The notes under the pieces are model-generated. The model did no database searches. It worked only from the letters and a program-made list of their open reading frames with translations, and had not been told where the DNA came from. The position numbers and the translations under genes are program-made. Source: Takakia lepidozioides (taxonomy: Eukaryota > Plantae > Bryophyta). Taken from it: 64,000 bases of DNA. Location of the stretch: NCBI GenBank assembly GCA_030704615.1, contig CM060732.1:10912001-10976000 (forward strand). Reading direction: 5' to 3'. Positions 38,052 to 49,625 of this stretch are shown one piece after another. The number at the start of each line of letters is the position of its first letter. Position 1 is the first letter of the stretch.

Positions 38052-41000
38052 GATAATCCCATATGGCTTGTCGGGCCAGCGCGCTACGCGAGTATATATG
38101 TATGTAGGCAGATACAGCAGCGACCTGGCAGTTTCTTTGTTGGTAGATCTGTGTAAAGGGTGGCGACGGAAGGTGGAGTGACTACTACTCGACAACTGCT
38201 CCGCTGACCACATTCGTCCGTGTCAGTTTTGTCATCCCCTCATTCCTATCTTTTGTTTCTCTTTTCAAGTACTATTTGAATTTTGAGGGTAGGAAGAAGT
38301 CATTAGCTGATGGTGGAGGGTAAGGTCATGATGTGGGTACCTTTGTAGACTTATGGCGAGTTTGTGTAGGTATATCCTTGGATTGTGCATCATCACACTA
38401 ACAGCATGATGATGACTGGTCGTACTAGTTTGAATCTTCACAACCCTTGAATCAATGAGAAATTGCATATAGCATGCATCCATTCAGTATTCATTCACCT
38501 GTCATGGTTGTTATCTAGAATTACCTACTTCTAGTTAACTAGGACATTTTAGATATTTATATTTATATGTTGTGTGTTGAGACTTCATTTGGTCTCACAT
38601 GCCAAGTGAGGTGTCGAGCCTCACTTGGGACATGGGGATAGGTTTTCCCCTAGTGAGGATGGAGGAGGCTCATCTTCTTGTAGTTGAGCCTCCATGAGCC
38701 TCTCTCACCTCCATAGCTCTAGGTATTGAGAGGGAGTGTGGTGAGGGCTTTGTAGGGTGGATTCCCTTAGCAAGGGTGCCCTTGGCTTGACTTACTTTAT
38801 GTGATTGAGTGGATTCATGAATGGAGGGTTTCCATTATGTTCACTTTCATTATCACTACAAGAAGATCACCTTATGCTTGTGAGTGCGGAGTGTACGGAT
38901 AGTTTTGCACTTGTGTTGGTGTACACCAAGGAGTGAGAGAGCTAGGGAAAGCTCAGGTATCTCACAAGGCTTGCAAGGGAGAGTGTGTTTAAATTGCATC
39001 AAGGAGGTGGAGAGCTCAAGGAGAGAGCTCTTGAGTTACAAGACTTTGCAAGTATTATAGGGAGAAAGTCTTGTGGTGTGTGAAACAAAGGTTTCAAAGT
39101 TTGAGAAGAAGGAGCGTCATCTCTTGTATCTCAAGTGTTGTGACAACCATTTGCCAAGGAAGTGGCTTATATGATGAAAAGAATACATTGAGGGTTTGTA
39201 GAAGCATTATTGTGCACCAAGGGTTTTGAGAGCTTGGAAAAGAGCTCTTGCATCACAAGAGAAGCGTCTTGTATGTGGAGAAATAGACGCTAGGGTTTCA
39301 AGAGCAGCAACTCTAGTGTTCATGGTGTGAAAGAGAAGCCAAAGAGCGGCACATGCTTGGGTTAGAAACACCATAGAAGGAGTACAACAATGATAGCTTG
39401 AGGAGCATTGAGTAGCTCAAGAGAAGCTAAGAAGTAGTTGTTTTATCCATGGTGAAATGAAGCCAAGTGGGGTTTCATTTTTGATTGACAAACAAGCAAG
39501 CTAAGGCGCTAGAAGGAGTTTTTTGCTAGTCTATGAGTTCAGATTGCTCTTGGTGAAGCAGTGATTGACCAAGCAAGTAACGCATGTGTGGAGCATGTTT
39601 TCCAAGTGCGGCTTCCAACTTCAAGCTTGAGGAGAGCTAGAAGGTGAAGAAGAGAACAGTCATTCTTTGTGTATGAGGTGATGCTTATGTGGAGCATGTT
39701 TTCAGCCCATTGAGGCTTCTTTTCAAGCCTGGAGAGCAAGAAGAAAGGAAAAAGGGCTGGTTTCCACTTAGGTGAGGAAAAACACTTGTAGAGCACATGT
39801 TTGAGTTGGGGTTTCAACCTTAAGCTTGAGGAGAGCACGACTCTTGAGCTAGTAAGTGAAGGGACTTGAATCTTCATCTTTGCATGAGATGGAGATGTAT
39901 TTGATACTTGGAGAAGCAACACATAGAAGCCAAGAATGGAGCATGTGTGTGGATGGCCAAGGAGGGAGCACATGAATGAGTGCAAGACTTGGTTGCTTGT
40001 CAATGAGGTAAAAAGCTTGATTCTTGAGTTCCAAAGAGAAGTGAAAGCTGTTGTGTGGCAAATGCATTGCTAGGTGAGATGGAATCAAGCTTGGTTGTGG
40101 CTTGAGGTGAAGAAGATCAAGGTACTTTGCCTTGGTATCTCATAGAAGTCATGGATGCTTGAGGAGAGCAAGCATGAAGCTCAAGGAAGCCCAAACCCTA
40201 GCTTGGAATGCACAAACCCTAGCATGAGATGCACATCAAACCCTAGGTGCATGGGAACAGTCACCAAAGTGTGGGAACCGTCACTGTAGTGTGGGAACGG
40301 TCACTAAGATGTGGGAACGGTCACTATAGGCTGGGAACATAGTGATATAAAGACAATATAGGGCTTTTGGAGGATTTTCAAGGGCCTTTTGGAGGATTGT
40401 TTGGGGGATCTTTGGGGTCTTTTGGGGAGCTTTTGGAAGACACTCTGAGGAGCTTTTGTAAGGCACTTTGAAGAGCTCTTGAAGAGGTATTTGAATGACT
40501 ATTTTGAGGCCTATTTAAGGTCATTGAAGGCCAAGTTTTGGCAAGTTTTTTGAGCCTTGGAAGGCTATGTGGAGGACCATTTGGGGTCTTTGAAGGCCAA
40601 GTTTTGGCAAGTTTTTGGAGCCTTGGAAGGCTATGTGGAGGACCATTTGGGGTCTTTGAAGGCCAAGTTTTGGCAAGTGTCGTGCGCATACATATCGCTA
40701 CACAACTACATCGCTGTCCAAAACCACACAACACATGTGCACACCACACACTAGTATACCACTAGTCTACCACTAGTCCAACCACTAGTCCAACCACTAG
40801 GCTACAACTAGTCAGTCACTAGGCCACTATGCTGCCCACTATGGCAGTCACTAGTCCACACAATGATAAAGAAGAAGAATACAAGCACAAGCTCATGCGA
40901 GCTCACAAAGCTGAAGCATAAACTCATGCATATATAACCTCATCACTCAAATACAAGTCAAGCCAAGTGCACCCCACGCCATGGGGAATCCACACTACGG

Positions 41001-41638
41001 CGCCATAGCTAGGCGCGGTGAGGCTCAACTCGAGAAAGATGAGCCTCCCGCGCTTGCCGTGAAGATAACCACTCCAGGGCCTAAATCTGCCTTGACCCCT
41101 GGATTGACACTTGGGCCAATCCCAAATGTCAATATGTAAAAGCTAGCTATTTCCTAGCTAGTTTCACACTAGTGGTAAAATAACTTGACAGCTGTCGTGC
41201 GCATACATATCGCTACACAACTACATCGCTGTCCAAAACCACACAACACATGTGCACACCACACACTAGTATACCACTAGTCACCACTAGTCCAACCACT
41301 AGTCCAACCACTAGGCTACAACTAGTCAGTCACTAGGCTGCCACTATGCTGCCCACTATGGCAGTCACTAGTCCACACAATCGCCCCCCTAGCTGGTGCT
41401 TAGGTCCCTCTAAGTCCAGGTAGCCCAAGATGTGATAGTGACCATAGCCTCACTAAGTCCTCCACCACTATCCCTACTACACTCAAACTCGATAGATCAA
41501 GAGGCCGGGTGCAAGAGTTGCCCCATCGTTAGTCGCCGTCTTGCAACCTGTGAACTTGAGCTTGGGATCTCATGTATTGACTCCTATGAGCTTGGCCTCC
41601 CATGTCTTGTTAGCTGCCTCCAGTCATGTCCACTGCCA

Positions 41639-41790
41639 CTATCCCAAGCAGTGTGGACACAACCAATCTCCGTCAGGAACCTTCTCAAGAGGTGGTCAAG
41701 CATCCCATATGCCAACCCCTTGAGCATCGATCACACACCAGCATGGTGGCTGCCCCTTTGGCAGACCCACAGAGCATGCACCTCAAACCT
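41639..41790 (-). CDS. PHD finger at the integrase C-terminus (one frameshift)
   Basis: CMLCGSAKGAATMLVCDRCSRGWHMGCL, then in the next frame PLEKVPDGDWLCPHC: a complete C4HC3 PHD pattern. Confidence 0.88.
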
Positions 41791-41799
41791 GCAGGTACC

Positions 41800-42942
41800 A
41801 CTGCCAAGTTTGGGTCAACTCTGCCATCGACATTGGGAAGGTGACATGGCGCACAATTACGCACATGGTCCTTCCAAGTCATGCCATCCCGACCCTCAAG
41901 ATCAGGACCCCTGAGGGCAACACCTCTCGAACCCTCAGAATAACACGCCCTGCAGTAACATCCAGAGTCGTAGGAGCAGTCTGCTGCAAATAAACATAGT
42001 CACCAGGGCTAAACCTCCGAACCCCAGGACGATATCCTCCACCACGTATAGTGGCATACCTCAACGTATCACGGTGCTGTGCAATGGCAAGGTTCTCAAA
42101 AGCCATGGGCATGACTTTTGAACAACTCTGCACGCTGATCACATGCACGTACCCACACGTCCGGATCGTCAAGGTTAAGGACTTGAGCAGTGTCCCTACG
42201 AATGGCTGCAGGCAAATCCGGCTCTCGGCCAAAGAGAAGGAAATATGGTGAGAAGGAGGCAAGTGATGCTTGTTTGCTGAACCTGTAGCCCATGGCTAAC
42301 CAAGGAACCTGAAGATCCCAATCTCCTAGGTGTCCCTTCTGCAAGCCATACTTGCGCAAACCCCTCTTCACCGTCTGAACAACTCTCTCTGCTAAGCCAT
42401 CGGCCTCAGGATGATCCCGAGAAAGTGTGCGGTGGTCTATCAAGGCTTTATCACACAAAGCCTGAAACTCCCCCAAGAACTCTCTCCCTTGGTCCGTGAG
42501 TACCTCAGCTGGAGCACCAAATCGGCTAAGCACACGATCCAAGAATGCATACGCAGCCCCCTCACTAGCCTTGTCAGGCAATGGAACCAACTCAATCCAC
42601 TTGGAGAAGTGCTCCACCATCACCAACATATCTGTGGTGGCGCATAGTCAGTGGCAACGGTCCTGCGAAGTCAAGACTCCACCTGTAGCCCAATCCCATG
42701 ATTGGTAAAGGATGCAACTGTGGTGTAGGGGCGTTGAATGAAGCACGCACCCTGTCACACACCATGCACCTAGCCACGAACTGTTGCACCTCTGTATGCA
42801 TACCACGCCACCAATACTGCCCCTGCAGTAAACTGTGAGTGCGTCGCACTCCAAAATGCCCCAACTCCTCATGGGCATGCCGCACTAACCGTGCACGCTG
42901 TGTGGGGTGAGGCACAATCCTCACCCGACCATCCTCCCACAC
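41800..42942 (-). CDS. DDE integrase (frameshifted)
   Basis: HHCC zinc domain (HAHEELGH..CMVC). Catalytic WSLDFAGPLP, VLTDQGREF and HPEADGLAER; FSPYFLLFGREP. Confidence 0.93.
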
Positions 42943-43249
42943 TCGAAGTAGGTGTATCCCCTCCCACTTGAACCTCTTGGCGTTGCAGGATCCGATCCCT
43001 CTCCCTGGCAGTCACAATGGCTGCCGTGTCTCCCGTGCGGAGGTAGTCCAACACAGCCGAATCCTCATGTATATCTCTGGCACCACCTAGCTCATCACTA
43101 GCCTCAGGGTCCTCAGACACTCCGTCTACAGTCATCCCTGTTGTAGGTCCAATCTGACCTCCGATGCCAAGATACACAAAAATGCAGATGCGTGCCATCC
43201 CGGCACCATCTCCTCGTCCGTCTCACCATGCCACCGAGCTCCAGTGTCA

Positions 43250-44598
43250 TCCTGCTGGCTCATGCATGGATTGCGACTCAATCCATCCGCATCCCGATTG
43301 ACCAAACCCGGTCGATGCACAACCTGAAAGTCATACTCCTGGAGTATAAGTGCCCACCGTGCAAGCTTCCCCGTAAGCTTGTCTGACTCCATCAACCACT
43401 TGAGTGGCTGGTGATCCGTGACAAGGGTGAAAAGATTGCCGTATAGATAGCACCTGAAGTGTGCCACGGCCCACACTGCAGCTAAGCACTCTCCCTCATA
43501 TGAGCTGTACTTAGCCTCTGCAGCGTTGTTCGAGCGGCTAGCGTAAGCCACTACGAACTCTCTTCCCTCATCATCCACCTGTGTGAGCACCGCTCCAAGC
43601 CCCAGCATGCTCCAATCCGTATGCAGCTGAAAGGGACGCCCCCTGATAGGTCGTCTCAAGATAGGCGCCGAGGTCAACCTCGCCTTGAGCTCTTGAAAAG
43701 CTCGTTCCTGCTCATCTTCCCACTGCCACTCCTGGTCCACCTTGGTCAGCTTGGTTAGAGCCTTTGCAATGGTACTAAATCCCTTGACAAACCGTCTATA
43801 ATAGTTTGCCAACCCCATGAAAGCTCGAACTCGGCTCACATCCGTGGGGCGTGGAATTTGTGCAATGGTACTTAGTCTGCTGTACCCCCAATCCTCCAGG
43901 ATATATCATGTGACCCAGATACTCAATCTGGTTGTGGAAAAACTTGCACTTCCCCGGATGCAACTTCAATCCGTGCGCTCTCAAGCGCTCCAATACCACC
44001 TGAAGGTGTCTCTCATGCTCCTCCATCGTAACACTAAAGATGATGATGTCATCTATGTAGCACCGAGCAAAGTCCACCCCTGCTAGAATCCTATCCATGA
44101 CTCTCTGAAACTCTGCAGGAGCATTCTTAAGCCAAATGGTAAGAACCGCCACTGATATAGGCAATCCTTGCCGTGCTCATTGATCCCCCAGAATGCCGTC
44201 TTCTGCTTGTCCGCCTCCTTGATTGGCAACTGGTGATATCCGGATCGTAAATCCAAAGTGCTAAAGGCCTTAGCATGCCCGATGGCATCAAAGATCTCCT
44301 CTGGTGTTGGCATGGCATACTTATCGGACTTGGTCTGACGATTTACAGGCCGGTAATCACCGCACATACGTCTCTCCGTCCAATTGCCATAGACATCCTT
44401 CTTGGCTGGCATCACTGTGGCTGAAGCATACTCTCCACCAGAGAGCTCCACCAAACCTGCCTCCCAGAGATCTTGAGTCCTCATCTGAATCAAAGACCTC
44501 TCCATGTCACTGTATCTATAGGGTCTCCGAAAGATTGGCGTGTCAGTGGCCAACTCAATACGGATCTCTTGACCCTTCAGTGCTCCCAAGTCCTTCAA
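43250..44598 (-). CDS. Reverse transcriptase and RNase H (frameshifted)
   Basis: RMCGDYRPVN, FSTLDLRSGYHQ, LPFGL/KNAPAEFQRVMD, CYIDDIIIFS and LKLHPGKC. RNase H motifs LHTDWS, YSSYEGECLA, LVTDHQPL, N.DADGLSR. Confidence 0.95.
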
Positions 44599-45059
44599 AC
44601 TGAAGGCAAAGCAATTCCTGTAAGCCCTCAGGAACCGCCGTATACGTCGTCTCTCTCCTCCGGTGACAATGGGTCCAATGTCAGGCTCCCAATTGTCCTC
44701 CGTAACTGCAACCTTAAGTCCAGTGGGCTTAGAGGTAGAGGACGCGTCCCGTGGTTGCTATGTTGCAACCTCTTGAGCAGTACTCCCTACCTGCTCAGTC
44801 AATGACAAGGCCTCATCCTGCCCATCATCTCATCCTTGAGGACCTCCTCAACCGAGAAGAATCCCCAACCTCATCCATCACAGCCGCCTTGGCTGCCAAC
44901 TCCCTCTGAACCTCGAGCACCTCCCACGTGTGCCATGGATGCATGCACCCCGTGGTCCTCACATGCTCGCCCCCACTCACTGCCTGTACCGTCTCGGTAG
45001 GCAGAGAGACCATTGAGGGAAGTGTACTCCGCACTCTGCGTTGCTCAGCCAGAGCCAAG

Positions 45060-46000
45060 CTGATAATCCAGGTCAAGCAATTGAGATCCATTGCTTGCCC
45101 CAACACTTGACGACGTGATGCCTCAGAAAGAGACGACACCGCCGTGGTACCAGTGGTAAAACCCATTGCCCGCTCACGCTCGTCAGCATTAGGCTCCACT
45201 AACTGCTGCAACTGAGCATCCCACAGGAGGCCAGGTCCACTATCCCGGAAAGCATGCGATCCTGGGAAGCTGAGCAGTGTAGGTAATGCTGCTCGTGGTT
45301 GACCCACCTTGTTGACCACTGCCAAAGGCGAACGGTCATCGTGTCTCACACGCTGAGACTGCCTCCCTGTGTCCAGAATGTTATCCACTGTGAGATGTGC
45401 TGGCCGCTGCACCCCATCAAATGCACGCTTGAGCAGTGCGGGTGGCATCAAGTTAGTCCACCATAGCCGTGGACGATGAGCCCGTGACCCCACTGTAGCT
45501 GCATCTAGCAACACTGCTGACCCAAGCCACGACCGGACTTGATGCACACTGGCCATCACCCTGGCCCGAGAATCGCCCATCAGTGGCACATTCTCCAAGA
45601 TGTATGCTGGAGATACAGCTTGATGAAGCTGCAAGTGGCGCAAAACCCGCACCATCTCCCAAAACAGACCCGACCTCGAGTCTCGCAATCCATTGCCATG
45701 CCCGGCTGATGAATGCCCTTGGCAGGGCCAACCTGCCACTACCAGATCAATGGAGCCAACCCGCTCCAAATCCTGCGCCCCCAGCAACGAAATGTCTGCT
45801 GGCAAGGCCTGCTGATATCCACGAATTGCAGACACCGACAACAACTCAGGGTACCGCTGCACCAACTGAGCAACATGGCGAAGTGAAACGTCGTGCAGTC
45901 TCATCCCTCTCCACATACAGGTAACGCCGAACTCGTACACCTGCCTGTAAACAGCAGCCAATCCGGTGCTGATCCCGCCAAACAAGTCCAGAAGACAAAT
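45060..46000 (-). CDS. DNMT3-like C5 cytosine DNA methyltransferase domain inside pol
   Basis: Motifs in canonical order: I LLDLFGGISTG, II (shifted frame) YLYVERD, III ADI, IV DLVVAGWPCQGHS (catalytic Cys codon 45724-45722), V SGLF, VI YILENV, VIII SRAHRPRLWWTNL, IX ERERAMGF..GTT, X RRQVLGQAMD. Confidence 0.92.
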
Positions 46001-46439
46001 GCCTTCATCACTGCCACACAATAGGTGTGGTGTCCAATGGAGACAATTGAGGTGGTCCTGGTGCAATCCCCACACTCTCCTCCTCTCCTGACGGTACAAA
46101 AGCCTCCACCCAGGCTTGTTGCACCCGTCGATCAGCATCCCGCTGCAAATCCTTGCTCGTGCCCCACAATGGAGTCTGAGCAACCATGGTAGGCAACTCC
46201 GCCATACCATACATGTCATCCTGCTCTCCCGGAGGTGGTACATCCTCTGAATGAGCATTGCCCTCAAGCAACTCTCTAGGCCAACTCACTGCCGCTGTGA
46301 ATGCTGCTAGTGTCGGCATCTTGCCTCGCTGGGCAACCGCAACTCCTCCTATGAACGTCACAGGGAGCTGCACACGCCGGCCCTCCCTGACTGCCATGCA
46401 GGCCTATAGGAAGCTGACTCCTCCCAAAAATCCAGGGTG

Positions 46440-46800
46440 AAGCCCATGGGGTACAACACTGCCCCACCAACCAGGACATCGTATGAGACTGCGTCTGTCA
46501 CAATGGCCTTGGCTCGCATCACTGAGCCATCTGTAGGGTGATCCGGCCGTAGTCTGATAGCCAACTCACGCCGTGTCATGCCCCGAGCCTGCTCCGATCC
46601 TCCCAGAGACGTCTGTATCTGGAAAGGACAAGGCTCCATATCCGCCTCCGTGAGGCCCAAGCCTGCAATAGCAGCTCTGCCCAGCATCAATGGCTGAGCT
46701 CCCGAGTCCAACAAGACCCGCAGTGGCCGGTACCTCTTGCCTGCCGGTCCACTCAAACAGAAAATGCCATCCTGGTTGTCTAACATGACAACTCCAGGTG
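46440..46800 (-). CDS. Retropepsin aspartic protease
   Basis: VLLDSGA active site and C-terminal YDVLVG motif, located between gag and DNMT. Confidence 0.85.
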
Positions 46801-47291
46801 TCACCATGGCGCGCTCAATGGCTGGCCTAGCTGGCAGCTCCATCAACCTGGCAGCTGCAGCTTGCCATGGCGCCGCCGTGGCAGTCTTGACCCTCAATCC
46901 GAGGATCCCTCCGGCACTACACCTCCCACTATCTCCGCAGAAGATGAAGTAACCTCCCACTCTCACAGAGTGTAGCTGCCAGCCTGAACACCTCAGCTGG
47001 TCCCCCGGCGTCGCAATCATGGTAGCCGAGAACAATGGAGCCTGGCACACAGATGTGGCCGCTCCTAGCAGCACACTAGCTGCCGTAGCCTTGGCAACAC
47101 TAGGTAGTGGTGCTACCCGTGTAGCTCTCCCCAATGGCATAGTAACCTCCGCCTCGGTAACAGTCGGGCGAGAACTAGGTGCCATGGATGGCGTCGACAC
47201 TGTCTCCGCCAATGTGAATGACTGAGGAAGCCTAGCCTGACGGCTTGCCTCCCCACGCTGTGGATCCAACTCCACCTCTGCACCTCGTGGC

Positions 47292-48905
47292 TCAGGAACG
47301 TGCTGCTCCTCGAGTCACGGCTGCAGCAGACTCCACCTGCACTAGTGGTAGTGCTGCTCCACACATGAATCCCATGCCTCCCATATCTCCTCCCTCAGGA
47401 GCAGGAGGTGGACCATCCGGCCTTAGAGCCGGTACCACCTGAGCTGTAGCCATGGCAGCGAGCCTCTGCTCTAGCTGCTGAAGCCGGTTGGCCATGCCTT
47501 GGTCAACACCCTGACCTCCGCGTCCTTGGCCACGTTGAGCTTGCCCTTGGCCTGCACCTCGTGGCTGGCCACCTCGTCCTCTCTGGGCTGCTCCACCTCG
47601 CCCCCGGCCACCATTGTTCCCTTGGAACTGGCCTGGGCGCAACTCAGGATGCAAACCATAACACTGGGCCTCTCCATGCCCGTGCTTGCCACAATGCCCA
47701 CACTGCAACTGTGCAGGCTGTGCATGTGCCGCCCTTTGCCTCCCTGGGCAATCCTTCTTGACATGGGGTCCTCCACATGTCCAGCACACCACATCCGCCC
47801 GTTGTTGGCCAGCAAATGAAGGGAGAGACCCCTGCATCTGAGGTCCTCTCTGCCCTTCCCTGAGCTTCACTGAGCCCCCTTGTTGCCTTGAGCACGTTGA
47901 GGTAGTGGTTGGCTAGGAGCACCACTACCCCGTGGTGTCTCCTTAGCAAATCCCACCATGACCACTCGTTCCTCCACCATGTTGAGCTCTATCCGCTCTG
48001 CCAGCAAAAACACATTTGCTAAGGTGGTTGGGCCGCTTGTAGGAGAGTTGCATCCCGCACCCTTCTCCTCAGCTCCTTGTCCAATATCCCATACCAGAAT
48101 TGGACTGCCTGAGCTTCCGTAACCCCTTGGGTTACATTTATCAAGCGCCTCATGCGAGTGAAAGCCTCCCTCAAGCTCTCGGTCGGCTTCCGTTGGAACT
48201 CTTGCAAGCTCCGCAACTTCTCTGTCCTCACCCCTTGGTAGTTCCCTCTCAACTCTTCGAAGAACTCCACAACAGGGTTGAAGGCAGGGCACGGGTGCTA
48301 GTGCTGGTGCGGTAGTGGCTTGGGTGGACGTCGTAGCTACTGTACCACCAGTCCCACTGCTGCTTGCTGAAGCTGCCGGTGCAGCGGCAGTGTAGCCACT
48401 GCCCTCGTGGCTCTAGTGCCCCTAGTGATGGAGACATAGTCGGGTGACCAGTACATCCTCCACTCCTCGATCTCAACCTCATGCCCCCGCCTGAACTCAT
48501 GGTAATCATCCATAGGCGGCCCCTCAAGGTGCTGAAACAGCCCTTTCCATGCCATGAAGGCGTAAATAGTTGTGGATTGCGCATTTGCTGCAAATCACAC
48601 CAACTATCAAACTCTTGGATAAAATCATCCAACTCGATGGTGCCCACCGCCCCAGAGTACCTTCGTGGCCCCTTGGTAGCTCCATACATCTCCTCCATTG
48701 TGTCCCACAACAATGGCAAAGAAAAAACTTGCACCGCCGGTATGAGTCCTCCTGATTCACAATCCGAATCAGAACCTTCCGTGGAAGACACAGGAGGTGA
48801 AGGTGGCCTAAACCGCACACCTCGTCTCGTGTACCCACTAGTATCGCTAGTGCTCGAACCGGCACTGTCCCCAGCAACTAGTGGCACCTCCGTGTTGACA
48901 CTCAA
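47292..48905 (-). CDS. Gag (frameshifted) with two zinc knuckles
   Basis: Retrotrans_gag-like FQRKPTESLREAFTRMRRL; CWTCGGPHVKKDC and CGHCGKHGHGEAQC; RGG-rich tail. Confidence 0.88.
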
Positions 48906-49099
48906 CCGGTCATGAACATGTCCCTAACCCCCTCTCCACAAGGTAACCCTGTTGCGGCTTATGGTTTGGAATACTAAGTTCCTAACATAGCCTACACCTG
49001 AACTTGCATGACCATGGGAATATCATGAAGATACTCCTCAAACCGCCCTCCACGAGCTTCAAAATTCGGCCTTCCAGACCACATGCCAGTCCTTAGAGT

Positions 49100-49625
49100 T
49101 CCACAGGTCAACACGGGCCACCACAGACCAGCACAGGCCCACACAGCTCACTGGTCATTTCACACACAACAGCCAACACACATTTGGTCACAGTTTCATT
49201 CACAGCCTTCACATTCACAGCCCCAAAGGCCTCAGGCACACAGGCCCGTTCATTCACAGTCACAGGGGCACACAGCCCCTCACATTCAGCATTCACACAG
49301 CCCCTCACAGCCCGTCACAGCCCAAAGGCCACACACAGCACATTCCTGTCACAGCCCTCACACACAGGGGCATTTTTCACAGCCCGTTCATTCACAGCCC
49401 GTCACAGTTCACAGCCCGTCCACATTTCCCCTTTTGTCACAGTTCACAGGGCCTGCCTGTCACAGCCTTCCTTTTTGTTCCACACAGCCTGTCACAGCCC
49501 GTCACAGCCCCACAGGCCTGCCTCACACACAGCCCGTCACAGCCCCCCACAGCCTCAGCCTGTTCACACACACACAGCCCCACAGCCCGTCACACAGCCC
49601 ACAGCCCGTCACACCCACATCACAT
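49100..49625. repeat. Degenerate CACAGCCC(GT) minisatellite in the inner element's 5' leader
   Basis: Dozens of CACAG/CACAGCC units in ~500 bp. The ORFs called over it are low-complexity artefacts. Confidence 0.85.

Noticed and set aside
44825-46267. Host DNMT3/DRM gene or bacterial contamination
   Set aside because: It is an intronless catalytic domain embedded between protease and RT inside a TSD-flanked element that is contiguous with plant genes.
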